Positions 8,464 through 18,075 of a stretch of DNA of 64,000 nt are shown here, one piece after another (position 1 is the first letter of the stretch; each line of letters opens with the position of its first letter). Source of the stretch: Polyangiales bacterium (lineage in GTDB: Bacteria; Myxococcota_A; Polyangia; Polyangiales; Ga0077539). The notes under the pieces were generated by a model, which was given only the letters and a program-made list of their open reading frames with translations, did not search any database and was not told the origin of the DNA. The translations under genes and the position numbers were made by a program. The stretch covers positions 96,001 through 160,000 of the forward strand of contig JBGARZ010000018.1 in assembly GCA_044229975.1 (NCBI GenBank), read 5' to 3'.

Positions 8464-11400
8464 ATGACGCCCGAGCAGCTCGCGCCACGTCGTCGGCGCC
8501 CCCTCGTGCCGGGCGCTCCTGTACCGTCGGCGCTTATGCCCGCCATCCTGCCCCGCGCGCTCGACCTCCTCGAAGTCCACGAGATCCCGGCGGAGTACTC
8601 CGCGACGCGCATGAGGGCGTTCGTCGAGCGGACGCGTGGCGCCCAAGGGGCCGAGCTGGCCAACGCGCAGACGGTCTTCAACCTCCTGTGCGAAGCCTTG
8701 CAGGTGCCACCGCCGTCTCTCAAGGACGCCGGCGCCCACACCCCCTACTGCTTCGAGGCCGACGTACTCGACGGCGCCGCGCACCGCCGGATGGACGTCT
8801 ACAAGCGCGGGCACTTCATCTTCGAGGCGAAGCAGGGCGCCGATCTGGTCGACACCGCGGGCGCCCTCCAGGCCTCCTCCAAGGGCCACGCGAAGACGCC
8901 CAAGGGGACCGGTGTGCGCGGCACGAAGGTGTGGCGCGACGCGATGAGCAGCGGCCGGGTGCAGGTTGGCCGCTACGCCGCCGCCGTCACGCGCCGCGGC
9001 GACCCGAAGCCGCCCTTCCTCCTCCTCGCCGACCTCGGGCACCGGCTATGGGTCTGGTCGAGCTTCTCCCCGGACGCCGTGGACGACTACGGCGACTTGG
9101 AAGAGCTCGCTGCCTTCGCCTGGGAGGAGCTCGCCGACCCGCGCGTTTTCCGCTTTCTGCGAACGGTCTTCACCGACCCGCGGTCGCTCGATGAGGACGC
9201 CATCGGTCAGCGCATCACGGCGGAAGTCGCCGACCTCGTGGGCGCCCTCGCCGTGCAGCTCGAGAAGCGGGAGCCGGGCGACGTCGTCGGCGACTTCCTG
9301 ATGAAGTGCGTCTTCACGATGTTCGCCGAGGACGTGGGCCTACTGCCGCGCGGGCTCTTCACCGAGCGCCTCGACAAGTGGATCGCGGACAAACAGTCGG
9401 GGCGCGAGGGGACGTTCGTCCGCGGGCTGCGCGCACTCTGGGCGCGCATGGACGCCGGCGGCGACCTCGACTCCGGCGAGCGGCTGCGGCAGTTCAACGG
9501 CTACCTCTTCAAGCAGCACGAGCCCATCGACCTCACGCTCGGAGAACTGGAGGCGCTGCGCCGCGCCGCCGCGGCCGACTGGCGACGAGTGTCGCCCGCG
9601 ATCTTCGGCACGTTACTCGAACGAGCGCTCACCCCGGCCGACCGCCACCGGCTCGGCGCCCACTACACCCCGGAGCCGTACATCCGCCGCCTCGTCGACC
9701 GCACGATGATGGGGCCGCTGCGCGCCGAGTGGACGCTCGTGCGCGCCGAGATGGAGCTCGCCGAGCGCACGGCGAAGTCCCCGGCGGCCGGACGGAAGAG
9801 GGCCGCGGCGCTTGGGGCGGCGTTCCGCAAGCGCCTCGCCGGCGTGCGCGTGCTCGACCCCGCGTGCGGGAGTGGGAACTTCCTCTACGTCGCACTCAAG
9901 GAGCTCAAGCGCCTCGAAGGCGAGGTCGAGCGCGCCCTCGAGGCGGCGGGCGGATACCAGGCGCCGATGGACTACCAGGGCGAGTCGGTGCACCCGGTGC
10001 AGTTCCACGGCCTCGAGGTGAAGCCCTGGGCGGCGAAGATCGCGGAGCTCGTCCTCTGGATCGGCTACCTCCAGTGGCAGACCTCCGCGGGCCGCCTCGG
10101 GCGCATGCCCGACCCGCTCATCCAGGACCTGCACCACATCGAGGCCCGCGATGCGCTCATCACCTGGCGCGCGAAGGAGCCGGTGCTCGATGAGCACGGC
10201 AAGCCCGTGCTGCGCGCCGTGGGCGTGACGGACAAGAAAGCCGTGCGGCGCATGGCGCCGATCGAGCGGTACCTCGGCGTGCAACGCGCCGCGTGGCCCC
10301 AGGTCGACTTCGTGGTGGGCAACCCGCCCTTCATCGGCAACAAGCGACTGATGGACCTGTTGGGGAGCGGCTACACCGAGGCCATCAAGGTGGCGTACCC
10401 CGAGGTCCCGGGGACGGCGGACCTCGTGATGTGGTGGTGGTGGCGCGCCGCCGACCTCGTCGCGCAAGGGAAGCTGCGGGCCTTCGGTTTCGTCACGACC
10501 AACAGCATCACTGGGAGCTTCAACCGCGGGGTGGTGGCCGAGGCCGTCGACCGGAAGAAGCTCCGCCTCGGGTACGCGATCGCGGACCACCCCTGGTACG
10601 AGGAGGGCGCGGCCGTTCGCATCGCGATGACCATGGCGACGAAGGCCGCGGGCCCGTCGGTGAAGGGGACCGTCGTCGACGAACGGAAGACGAAGGCCGC
10701 GGAGCTCGAGAGCGTTCGCGTCGAGGAGCGCGAGGTGCCTGCGATCCACCCGGACCTCTCGGCCGGCGCGCGGGTCACTGAGGCGGTGCCGCTGCGCGCC
10801 AACGAGGGCCTGTGCTTCCAGGGGATGAACCTCGTTGGCGAGGGGTTCCGACTGACCAGGGAGGAGGTCGCCGGGCACGGCTACGATCCTGACGCGCTAC
10901 CAGCGGTGCTCCGCCCCTATCTGATCGGGCGCGACCTCGTGCAGAAGCGGCAGGAGCGCTACGTCATCGACTTCTATGGGTTGGAGCCGGACGACGCTCG
11001 CAGGGCCCATCCCACACTTTGGGAGCACCTCGTCAAGCACGTGAAGCCTGAGCGGGAGAAGAACAACCGCGAGATCCGCAGGCGCAAGTGGTGGTTGTTC
11101 GGGGAGACGGTGGGCAGGCTCCGGCGAGCGGCGACGGGCGTGAGCCAGTATTGCGCGACCTGCCGGACAGCCCGACACCGACTGTTCTCGACCATTCCCA
11201 CCGAGGTACTGCCGGACACCAAGCTCGTTGCGATCACGCTCGAAGGAGCGGAGTTCTTTGCTGTGCTCTCCAGCCGCGTCCACCTCGTGTGGGCCCACAG
11301 CAAGAGCGGCTTCCTCGGCGTCGGCAACGACCCGACTTACAACCACAGCGACATCTTCGAGTCGTTCCCCTTCCCCGACATGCCTCCCGCTGTCCGTGTC

Positions 11401-12033
11401 CGCATTCGCGCCCGCGGCGAGGCCGTGGAGCATCACCGTCGCGAGCGCCAGCGGGAGAACCCTGACCTCGGCCTCACGGACATTTACAACGTCGTCGAGA
11501 AGCTGCGACGGAGGGAGATGCTCGCGGACCCGGAGAAGGCGGTCGCGACGCGCGCGCAGATCCACACACTCGTGCAGCTCCACGACGAACTCGACCGTGC
11601 GGTGCTCGACGCCTACGGCTGGCCCAACGACGCAGCCGACGACGACCTGCTCACGCGCCTCGTCGCGCTCAACCAACAGCGCGCCGCAGAGGAGGTCCGC
11701 GGAGTGGTCCGTTGGCTGCGGCCCGAGTTCCAAGCGCCCGAAGCAGACGCGCAAACCGCACTCCCCGAGGCCGGCGGAGCGAAGCCCTCGCGTACACGCA
11801 CCAAGGCGCCAAGTGCCAACCGATGGCCCGCGGACCTGCCCGGCCAGATCGCCGCCGTGCTCGCCGCGCTCGACGTCTTCGGCGGCGAGGCGCCGCTGGC
11901 GGCACTGGCGGACGGCCTCGGCGGCGCTCCGACCGAGAGCGTGAGCATGGTGTTGGAGTGCCTACTCGTCGCGCAGAGGGTCGCGCGCACAAGCGACGAG
12001 GACGGCGCCGAGCGCTGGGTGCTGCGCGCGTAG
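8464..12033 (+). CDS. MmeI-like Type IIL restriction-modification enzyme (REase-MTase-TRD)
   Basis: N-terminal D...EAK nuclease motif (MDVYKRGHFIFEAKQG), FNGYLF, IFGTLLE, GAHYTP, LDPACGSGNFL (motif I), GNPPF (motif IV), and C-terminal FPFP/H..LD.AV..AYGW. Alternative ATG at 8536. Confidence 0.92.
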   Translation: MTPEQLAPRRRRPLVPGAPVPSALMPAILPRALDLLEVHEIPAEYSATRMRAFVERTRGAQGAELANAQTVFNLLCEALQVPPPSLKDAGAHTPYCFEADVLDGAAHRRMDVYKRGHFIFEAKQGADLVDTAGALQASSKGHAKTPKGTGVRGTKVWRDAMSSGRVQVGRYAAAVTRRGDPKPPFLLLADLGHRLWVWSSFSPDAVDDYGDLEELAAFAWEELADPRVFRFLRTVFTDPRSLDEDAIGQRITAEVADLVGALAVQLEKREPGDVVGDFLMKCVFTMFAEDVGLLPRGLFTERLDKWIADKQSGREGTFVRGLRALWARMDAGGDLDSGERLRQFNGYLFKQHEPIDLTLGELEALRRAAAADWRRVSPAIFGTLLERALTPADRHRLGAHYTPEPYIRRLVDRTMMGPLRAEWTLVRAEMELAERTAKSPAAGRKRAAALGAAFRKRLAGVRVLDPACGSGNFLYVALKELKRLEGEVERALEAAGGYQAPMDYQGESVHPVQFHGLEVKPWAAKIAELVLWIGYLQWQTSAGRLGRMPDPLIQDLHHIEARDALITWRAKEPVLDEHGKPVLRAVGVTDKKAVRRMAPIERYLGVQRAAWPQVDFVVGNPPFIGNKRLMDLLGSGYTEAIKVAYPEVPGTADLVMWWWWRAADLVAQGKLRAFGFVTTNSITGSFNRGVVAEAVDRKKLRLGYAIADHPWYEEGAAVRIAMTMATKAAGPSVKGTVVDERKTKAAELESVRVEEREVPAIHPDLSAGARVTEAVPLRANEGLCFQGMNLVGEGFRLTREEVAGHGYDPDALPAVLRPYLIGRDLVQKRQERYVIDFYGLEPDDARRAHPTLWEHLVKHVKPEREKNNREIRRRKWWLFGETVGRLRRAATGVSQYCATCRTARHRLFSTIPTEVLPDTKLVAITLEGAEFFAVLSSRVHLVWAHSKSGFLGVGNDPTYNHSDIFESFPFPDMPPAVRVRIRARGEAVEHHRRERQRENPDLGLTDIYNVVEKLRRREMLADPEKAVATRAQIHTLVQLHDELDRAVLDAYGWPNDAADDDLLTRLVALNQQRAAEEVRGVVRWLRPEFQAPEADAQTALPEAGGAKPSRTRTKAPSANRWPADLPGQIAAVLAALDVFGGEAPLAALADGLGGAPTESVSMVLECLLVAQRVARTSDEDGAERWVLRA

Positions 12034-12045
12034 AGTCCGTGCCTT

Positions 12046-12303
12046 CTACGAATTCTCTGGTGCGACCGCCGAGGCAAGGAGCCCCCGCAGTCCTGTCAGA
12101 AACTGCGCGCGCTCTTCGCGGTCATCGTCGGAGCTATCGAGCAGGCTCTCCAATTCTTCGATCGCTGCCTCGACATCCGCACGTTGCACGGGTCCCCCTC
12201 GGATGAGCGCCGATCCGACGACGTTGAAGTGATCGTCATCGCCGTAGCCGTGAAGTTGGCATAGCGCTGCCCCGAACTCCCTCGGGTCACGGACGTCAAT
12301 CAA
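12046..12303 (-). CDS. small acidic hypothetical protein
   Basis: GGAGG RBS before TTG at 12303. About 85 aa, acidic and helical. Confidence 0.5.
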   Translation of the reverse strand: MIDVRDPREFGAALCQLHGYGDDDHFNVVGSALIRGGPVQRADVEAAIEELESLLDSSDDDREERAQFLTGLRGLLASAVAPENS

Positions 12304-12450
12304 GGCGTCCTCCCGTCTCGCAGATCGCGCCGCGAGTCGGCGCGCTGCTTTGGCAGAGCGCGGGCCTCGGACGTCCAATGCTTGTGCGCGGGCCTCGGCC
12401 CGTGCTGTTCTACGACCATCTTCATCGAACTGATCCTTCGGTGAGGGGAG

Positions 12451-12485
12451 AAGCCCCGGGCGCGTGCTAGGCGTTCCGGGGCTTT
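12451..12485. terminator. GC stem-loop (AAGCCCCGG...CCGGGGCTT), terminator-like or leader hairpin
   Basis: 9-bp perfect inverted repeat with short T runs. Confidence 0.4.
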
Positions 12486-12737
12486 CGATTGGGCGCAGCG
12501 CGCCACCGGAGGCACCTCAACAGAAGGGGCGGGCAAACGCCACTACCCGTCGGACATACCCTGTCACCGCGAAATCACGGAAAAATCAGGCATTCCAAGA
12601 GCGGGTGTCCGCAGCAGAGTAGGCAGCCGACGAGCGGTTGTTCGCGCTTTAATGGGGTCGACGCAGTGCAGCGGCCAGCGACGAGGTGAGTGCTCGGCAA
12701 TGGGTTGCTGGGCGAGGTCCGAGGTGCTGCGGCAGAT

Positions 12738-13604
12738 TCAGCGACCGATCACTTTGGCGAATCGCTGCAGGTTGACCCATTGAACCTCCAGCAGGTCGCC
12801 CCCCATCCCGGTAGTCGCCTCGGAGAGTCGGTGCAGCACGAGACCGGCGTCTGGCACTTCGGCCACGGTGTGTCCTCGCGCCGGATTGTGGGGCTGGCCG
12901 CCGGCGAATCCGAGCGTTCCTCGGGTTATGCCAATGGTGCGGTCGCCATGGTCGGACTGCCCTCGAAAGGTGAAGTACTCGTCCGCCGTTGGGGGGTCCT
13001 CAACCAACACCACACCAAGACCGTCGAAGATGCGGTGCATCCCTTCGACGTCGCGCGCATCCATCCGCCGCAGCGTCTCGGCGCAGGAGCGGAAGAACCG
13101 ATCGGGCCCGCGCCCCTCCCGGGCGTAAAGGCACCCGAGGCGGGCTAGGCAGTTGGTGACCTCCCGGTCGGTGACGTCCAGCGCCGCGGTGAGCGAGCGC
13201 CGAAGGCTCTCTCGAGACCCGGGGCTCTGCGCCTGGCGGAGGAACTCCTCGAAGGCCGCGTCGGCGCCGACCGTCGCGACCACCGCTTCGCCCCACGCCC
13301 CGACCTGCCGCGCCCTCGGCTCGTCGCTCGACCGGAGTTGGCCGAACGCCGCGCCGGCCGCTGCGGCCGACGGAACGCTCAGCAGCAACCACGCGAGCGC
13401 AAAGACAGGACCGGACTCGGCGGGCAGTCCCAGCAAGAGCAGCGACTGCACCACCGCGGGCCCCACCGCCCCCAAGCCCTTGCCGGCGAGGTCCTTCACC
13501 AGCGCCTCGCCGCCCTTCTCGTTGGCCCGCTTGCGGGCGCGCTGGAGCCAGTCCGCAAGCGCTTGACGCCGATGGAGCGCCCGACCGTCCGATCCCTTCG
13601 ACAT
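12738..13604 (-). CDS. hypothetical protein, N-terminal hydrophobic Gly/Ala helices (possibly Abi-alpha/DUF4393-like)
   Basis: 288-aa ORF. The family guess rests on architecture only. Confidence 0.55.
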   Translation of the reverse strand: MSKGSDGRALHRRQALADWLQRARKRANEKGGEALVKDLAGKGLGAVGPAVVQSLLLLGLPAESGPVFALAWLLLSVPSAAAAGAAFGQLRSSDEPRARQVGAWGEAVVATVGADAAFEEFLRQAQSPGSRESLRRSLTAALDVTDREVTNCLARLGCLYAREGRGPDRFFRSCAETLRRMDARDVEGMHRIFDGLGVVLVEDPPTADEYFTFRGQSDHGDRTIGITRGTLGFAGGQPHNPARGHTVAEVPDAGLVLHRLSEATTGMGGDLLEVQWVNLQRFAKVIGR

Positions 13605-13894
13605 GAGCCCAACCCTCGGGGTGCGACACTACCTCGACCGACGGGGTGACGGGGGCCTCAGACCGAAGCTACCAACGATGGCCGGGATGGGGCGGAGAAT
13701 GGCAGCGCGGTCCGCAACAGCGCCCCCGAACGGCAAGCGACAGCAGACCGCGTGGCCCGGTGGAACCCAAGCGGGCCCGGAGGCGCGTCACCTCGGAGTG
13801 AGGTCGCGGACAGTTGCTGTCGATGGGGTCGAACGAGTGGCGAAACGTCGACTGCGCGCGATGGCGCTCGGAGTGGAGGAACCGACGCCGCTCG

Positions 13895-14773
13895 CTACGA
13901 GCAGTACCCGTATGAGCCGTCGCCGTAGCGGGAGCACGCCAGCCCGTAGGGGCACTGCCCAGGCCCGCCGCACCGGAGATAGCAGCGGCTGGTGTTCGTA
14001 TCGCACACGCGCACGCTCGGCGAGTCCGACGGCGGCGAGGGGCAGTCCGCATCCGCCGTGCAACCCCGGGCGCAGAAGCGGCGCCCGTCGCCGAAGGCCA
14101 TACACACTGCGAAGGGCCCGCACTCGGAGGGCATCGCCGACGCGGCGCTCGTGCAGATGTTGTACGCCGCAACCGCGGGGCACCGCACCCCGCCGACGAC
14201 CGCGCACGAGGTCACGGACGCCGAGTAGCACGACCGGGCGCCGTCGCACCGACGCTGCCCGCAGCGGAAGCCGCTCGGGCAGTCGACGTCCTGCGCGCAG
14301 GCCATGCACATCGTCTCGCACGCCCCGCAGTCGTCCGAGCAGCTCGTGCACGTCTCGCTGCCGTTGCAGGTCCCGTCTCCGCAGCGCGCCGCGCACGCAC
14401 CGCAATCGTCGGAGCAGGTCGTGCAGGTCTCCGCCCCGTTGCACGTCCCATCCCCGCACCTCGCCGACGCGCATGCGCCGCAGTCTGCACCGCACGAAGA
14501 ACACGTCTCGGTCCCGTTGCAGGTCCCGTCCCCGCACCGCGCCGAAGTCCCGGCGTCTCTCGCTGCACAGACGCAGGCGTCGAAGCCCGCGCCGCTCGCG
14601 TTGCACGACTGCGCTCCCATCGCTCCGCTCGCGCACACGCAAGCCTGCGTCGCCCCCGGAGTGCAGCCGCCGATCGGGATCGACTCCCCACCGCACCCCA
14701 GCACAAGGCTCACCACCGTCACCGCCCACACGACCATGCGTGCGGCGATCCGCCGTCCATCTCGTCGTCTCAT
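13895..14773 (-). CDS. Cys-rich repeat lipoprotein
   Basis: Lipobox LVLGC. Three CGDGTCNGxETCxxCxxDCGAC repeats. GGAGG RBS. Confidence 0.8.
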   Translation of the reverse strand: MRRRDGRRIAARMVVWAVTVVSLVLGCGGESIPIGGCTPGATQACVCASGAMGAQSCNASGAGFDACVCAARDAGTSARCGDGTCNGTETCSSCGADCGACASARCGDGTCNGAETCTTCSDDCGACAARCGDGTCNGSETCTSCSDDCGACETMCMACAQDVDCPSGFRCGQRRCDGARSCYSASVTSCAVVGGVRCPAVAAYNICTSAASAMPSECGPFAVCMAFGDGRRFCARGCTADADCPSPPSDSPSVRVCDTNTSRCYLRCGGPGQCPYGLACSRYGDGSYGYCS

Positions 14774-14806
14774 CGAAACCTCCCTCTGCGTTCCGGTGCC
14801 GACCCT

Positions 14807-14836
14807 TAATCTCGACGCACATTGCAGACAAGATTA
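14807..14836. promoter_or_regulatory. AT-rich imperfect inverted repeat, candidate XRE operator in divergent promoter
   Basis: TAATCTCGACGCA-CAT-TGCAGACAAGATTA lies between the divergent lipoprotein and XRE genes. Confidence 0.4.
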
Positions 14837-14893
14837 TTAGGCAGTCTTGAGTGAGTAAATTGATCTCCGTCGGGCCCCGACAGTGGGCCCCTG

Positions 14894-15250
14894 ATGGATC
14901 CCCCCGAAACCCCAGCCGATGTCCTCCGCGACGTCGGACGGCGCATCGCAGAGTTGCGGGTGGCCCAGGGCTGGACCCAGGAGCAGATGGCAGAAGCGCT
15001 CGACGTGAACCTCCCCTACCTCCAGCGGATCGAAGGGGGCCGGGAGAACCTCACGGTCCGCTCGCTCGCGAGGCTCGCCCACGTTCTGGGCGTCAGGGTC
15101 GGGGCCCTCTTCGAGGCGCCGACGGATCGGACGGTGCGCGGGCCCGGTCGACCCCGCCGACCCAGGTCCACCGCGGTCGCACCGACCGAAGGGCATCCCT
15201 CCCCCGAAGAAGACGCGGCTGCGACCGCCTCCCAGAAGCCAGCCAAGTAG
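14894..15250 (+). CDS. XRE-family HTH transcriptional regulator
   Basis: VGRRIAELRVAQGWTQEQMAEAL...YLQRIEGGRENLT...LAHVLGV. Confidence 0.92.
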   Translation: MDPPETPADVLRDVGRRIAELRVAQGWTQEQMAEALDVNLPYLQRIEGGRENLTVRSLARLAHVLGVRVGALFEAPTDRTVRGPGRPRRPRSTAVAPTEGHPSPEEDAAATASQKPAK

Positions 15251-15305
15251 GGGGCGACTGTCGCTCGCTGGATCTCTTCATACCGAAACGATATGGTTTA
15301 CCGCC

Positions 15306-16268
15306 ATGTCACCCCCCACACGGACCAACCTGCGCAAGGTCCAGCCCTTCCTGCTGCCCCACGGGATCGCCCAGGCCCTGGAAGCAACCGCCCGCGCGAT
15401 GGCGTCGCCCATGATGCCGCACGTCAGCCTGGCGGCGGCTGCGCGTGAGCTCATCGACAAGGGCCTCGTCTCGCTCGACGCGCTGCTGCAGTCCGGTCGG
15501 GAGGTGGTCTGGGAGGCCGTCGACCCGCCGCGCGGTGCACGTCGGCGCGAGGCTGCATCGTCGAGCGACACGCGGGTGCGCGACGACACCTACGTCCAGG
15601 TCTCGCCGCTCGCGCTCTCGGAGGAGATCATCGAGCGCCTGGAAGACGTGCGACGACGCCTCTCCGCGGCGAAGGGCACGAAGGTCTCGACGGTGAAGGC
15701 GCTGCGCGAGTCGCTGGTCCGGGGCCTCGCCGCGCGGGAGCAGGCCCACGCGGGCGTCGAGGCTCTGCTCCTGAAGTACCCGCGGGAGTTCGGCGCGCTC
15801 GGCTTCGGCTCGGCGGCACAGGTCACCGTGGTCGCATCGGGCGTGACTCAGCGCTACGCCCAGCCCGCGGGGAAGGCCAATCCGTGGGGCCGCCCAACTC
15901 GCGCGGCTTCCAAGCGCAAGGCGACCCCTGCCCCCAAGGTCGCCACGAGGTCGACGACGACGGCGCGCCCCCGGTCACGCGGTCATCACCAACAAGCCGC
16001 CGTCCGCAAGGTGCCGTCTGGAGACGATGACGATGGCGGAGGCGACGGTGAACCACCACCCGCGCGGCGACCGCCCGCACAGGCCCCCACAACTGAGACA
16101 GCGAGCATCGCGAGCGCGACGCCGCCCGCGCGAGAGCCTCGGCTGGCGGATCTGGCGTGGCGGGCGAAGGCCCAGAGCGCCCTGGCTCGGCTCTTCCTGG
16201 CCACTGTCGGCCGACCGCAGCAACAGCCTCTTCGAGGCCCCGTGACCCCAGACCGAGGCAGGCAATGA
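15306..16268 (+). CDS. putative tandem ribbon-helix-helix DNA-binding protein
   Basis: Two CopG-like units (PFLLPHGIAQALE...VSLAAAARELIDKGL; PLALSEEIIERLE...VSTVKALRESLVRGL). Stop overlaps the recombinase ATG. Confidence 0.55.
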   Translation: MSPPTRTNLRKVQPFLLPHGIAQALEATARAMASPMMPHVSLAAAARELIDKGLVSLDALLQSGREVVWEAVDPPRGARRREAASSSDTRVRDDTYVQVSPLALSEEIIERLEDVRRRLSAAKGTKVSTVKALRESLVRGLAAREQAHAGVEALLLKYPREFGALGFGSAAQVTVVASGVTQRYAQPAGKANPWGRPTRAASKRKATPAPKVATRSTTTARPRSRGHHQQAAVRKVPSGDDDDGGGDGEPPPARRPPAQAPTTETASIASATPPAREPRLADLAWRAKAQSALARLFLATVGRPQQQPLRGPVTPDRGRQ

Positions 16269-17863
16269 AGGTGGCGATCTACGTCCGCGTCTCGACCGAC
16301 GAGCAGGCCCACAGCGCGGGGGCCCAGGAGGCCGGCGCGAGGGCCTGGGCCGAGGCACGTAGGCACACCGTCGTCGCCGTGTACCGCGACATCGGCCAGT
16401 CGGGCGCCGAGTGGGTGCGCCGACGCGGCATCCTCGACGTGCAGCTCGACGTCACCCGTACGCCGCGACCGTGGGACGCGCTCGTCGTCCGCGATCTCGA
16501 CCGCCTCGGACGCGACCAGGTCCGACTGCCCCTGCTGCTCTCCACCCTGGGTGACCACGATGCGAAGGTCATCGAGTGGTCCGTCGATCGCGTCGTCGAG
16601 CTCGACGCGGTGGGAATGATGATCGCGTCCATGCGCTCGGGCATCGCGGCGATCGAGCGGGAGAACATCGCCCACCGCACGCGCACCGCGCTCCGCCAGA
16701 AGGCCGAGCGCGGCCTGAACGTCGGCGGCATCGCCTACGGCTACCGCCACGTCCGGTCCCCAGACGGGGTGCGCGACGTCATCGACGAGGTCGAGGCCGG
16801 GGTGGTGCGCGAGGTGTTCGAGCGCGCCGCGAGCGGCCAGAGCGTACGCGTCATCGCCCACGACCTGAACCTTCGGGGCGTCCCCTCCCCTCGCGCCGGC
16901 AAGCGCGGCACCGGCACCTGGGCGCCGTCGGCGCTCTGGGTGATCGTACGCAACCCGCGCTACCGGGGGTTGATCGTGTGGGGCGCGGTCGGGTCGAAGT
17001 ACAAGGGTGGCTCTCGAGTCACGATCGACCGGCCGGACGCCGTGGAAAGGGTCGATCCCTCCCTCGCCATCGTGAGCACCGACCTGTGGCAGCGAGCGCA
17101 GTCGGAGGCTGACCCTGCACGGGTCGCCGCCGGGCGAGCGATCAAGCGCGGCGCCACGCCGAGGCATCTGCTGATTGGGCTCGCCGTCTGTGATCGGTGC
17201 GGCGGCCCCATTGGAAGCGCGCGACAACTGGCTGGCGGCGTGAGCGTTCCGGCGTACTGCTGCCTCTGGCACCGCGACCGCGGCGACGCGGTCTGCCCGG
17301 TGGGCTTCTGCCGCGTCGCGGAGCGGCTCGACCGGGTTCTGCTCGACTGGCTCGTCACGGAGGTACTGGACGCCGAGCTGATCGCCGGAGCGGTCGCCGA
17401 AGCCCGCCGGATGGCGCTTGCGACGGAGCCCGATACTCGCCTCGAACAACTGCGCGCCGAGGAGCGGGAGCACGTGCTGGCAGTGTCGCGCCTCACGACC
17501 GCCATCGAGATCGGGGCGGGCGAGGTATCGGAGATCGCCACCCGGCTGGCCCAGCGCTCGAAGCAGTTGGCAGAGGTGCGGTCAGCCCTGGCCCGTGAGA
17601 CCATGACGTCGTCGGAGATTCCGATCGACCTCGAGGCCCGGTTGGGCGCGGCAGCTAGAAATGTGAGGGAGGTGATGACGGCTGAGCCCGCCCAGGCGCG
17701 TGGAGTCCTGGAAGCCGTTCTCGTCGGCCGCGTGCGAGTGTCGCAGCCGGTGAAGCGCGGTCCCGTATGGCTGACTGCCGAAGCAGTCCCCGGGATGCTG
17801 CTCGCCTCTCAGGAGCAGCACCCCGGGCATACGGGGTATGTGGGTGACCCTAACGGGATTTGA
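16265..17863 (+). CDS. large serine recombinase (integrase)
   Basis: IYVRVST catalytic Ser, DLDRLGR, ERENI..RT, recombinase domain, Zn ribbon CDRCG...YCC...C, and coiled coil. Confidence 0.95.
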   Translation: MKVAIYVRVSTDEQAHSAGAQEAGARAWAEARRHTVVAVYRDIGQSGAEWVRRRGILDVQLDVTRTPRPWDALVVRDLDRLGRDQVRLPLLLSTLGDHDAKVIEWSVDRVVELDAVGMMIASMRSGIAAIERENIAHRTRTALRQKAERGLNVGGIAYGYRHVRSPDGVRDVIDEVEAGVVREVFERAASGQSVRVIAHDLNLRGVPSPRAGKRGTGTWAPSALWVIVRNPRYRGLIVWGAVGSKYKGGSRVTIDRPDAVERVDPSLAIVSTDLWQRAQSEADPARVAAGRAIKRGATPRHLLIGLAVCDRCGGPIGSARQLAGGVSVPAYCCLWHRDRGDAVCPVGFCRVAERLDRVLLDWLVTEVLDAELIAGAVAEARRMALATEPDTRLEQLRAEEREHVLAVSRLTTAIEIGAGEVSEIATRLAQRSKQLAEVRSALARETMTSSEIPIDLEARLGAAARNVREVMTAEPAQARGVLEAVLVGRVRVSQPVKRGPVWLTAEAVPGMLLASQEQHPGHTGYVGDPNGI

Positions 17864-17916
17864 ACCCGTATTACCGACGTGAGAGGCCGATGTCCTAACC
17901 GTTAGACGATAGGGCC
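17845..17916 (-). tRNA. tRNA-Glu(CTC), CCA not encoded
   Basis: GGCCCTATCGTCTAACGGTTAGGACATCGGCCT-CTC-ACGTCGGTAATACGGGTTCAAATCCCGTTAGGGTCA folds as a cloverleaf. Confidence 0.95.
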
Positions 17917-17924
17917 GAGAGAAC

Positions 17925-17998
<74 letters not shown>

Positions 17999-18027
17999 AG
18001 AGTGCATCTCGCCGGAGCGGGACTGGC

Positions 18028-18056
18028 GATGTACTCGGGTCCTTCTTCGACGTCAA
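18028..18056 (-). promoter_or_regulatory. sigma70-like promoter of the tRNA pair
   Basis: TTGACG-17 bp-TACATC, followed by a GC-rich discriminator. Confidence 0.6.
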
Positions 18057-18075
18057 CAACCTTTTCCAACATTTC

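Larger units (their letters stand above)
1174..17863. mobile_element. putative integrated element/genomic island at tRNA-Glu 3' end; left boundary unknown
   Basis: Integrase abuts and overlaps the tRNA 3' end. Cargo is R-M, XRE, orphans and debris. Core genes resume after the tRNAs. No distal att copy was found. Confidence 0.65.

Noticed and set aside
1174..17863. Intact prophage or ICE
   Set aside because: No capsid, terminase, relaxase or T4SS motifs were recognised in the window.
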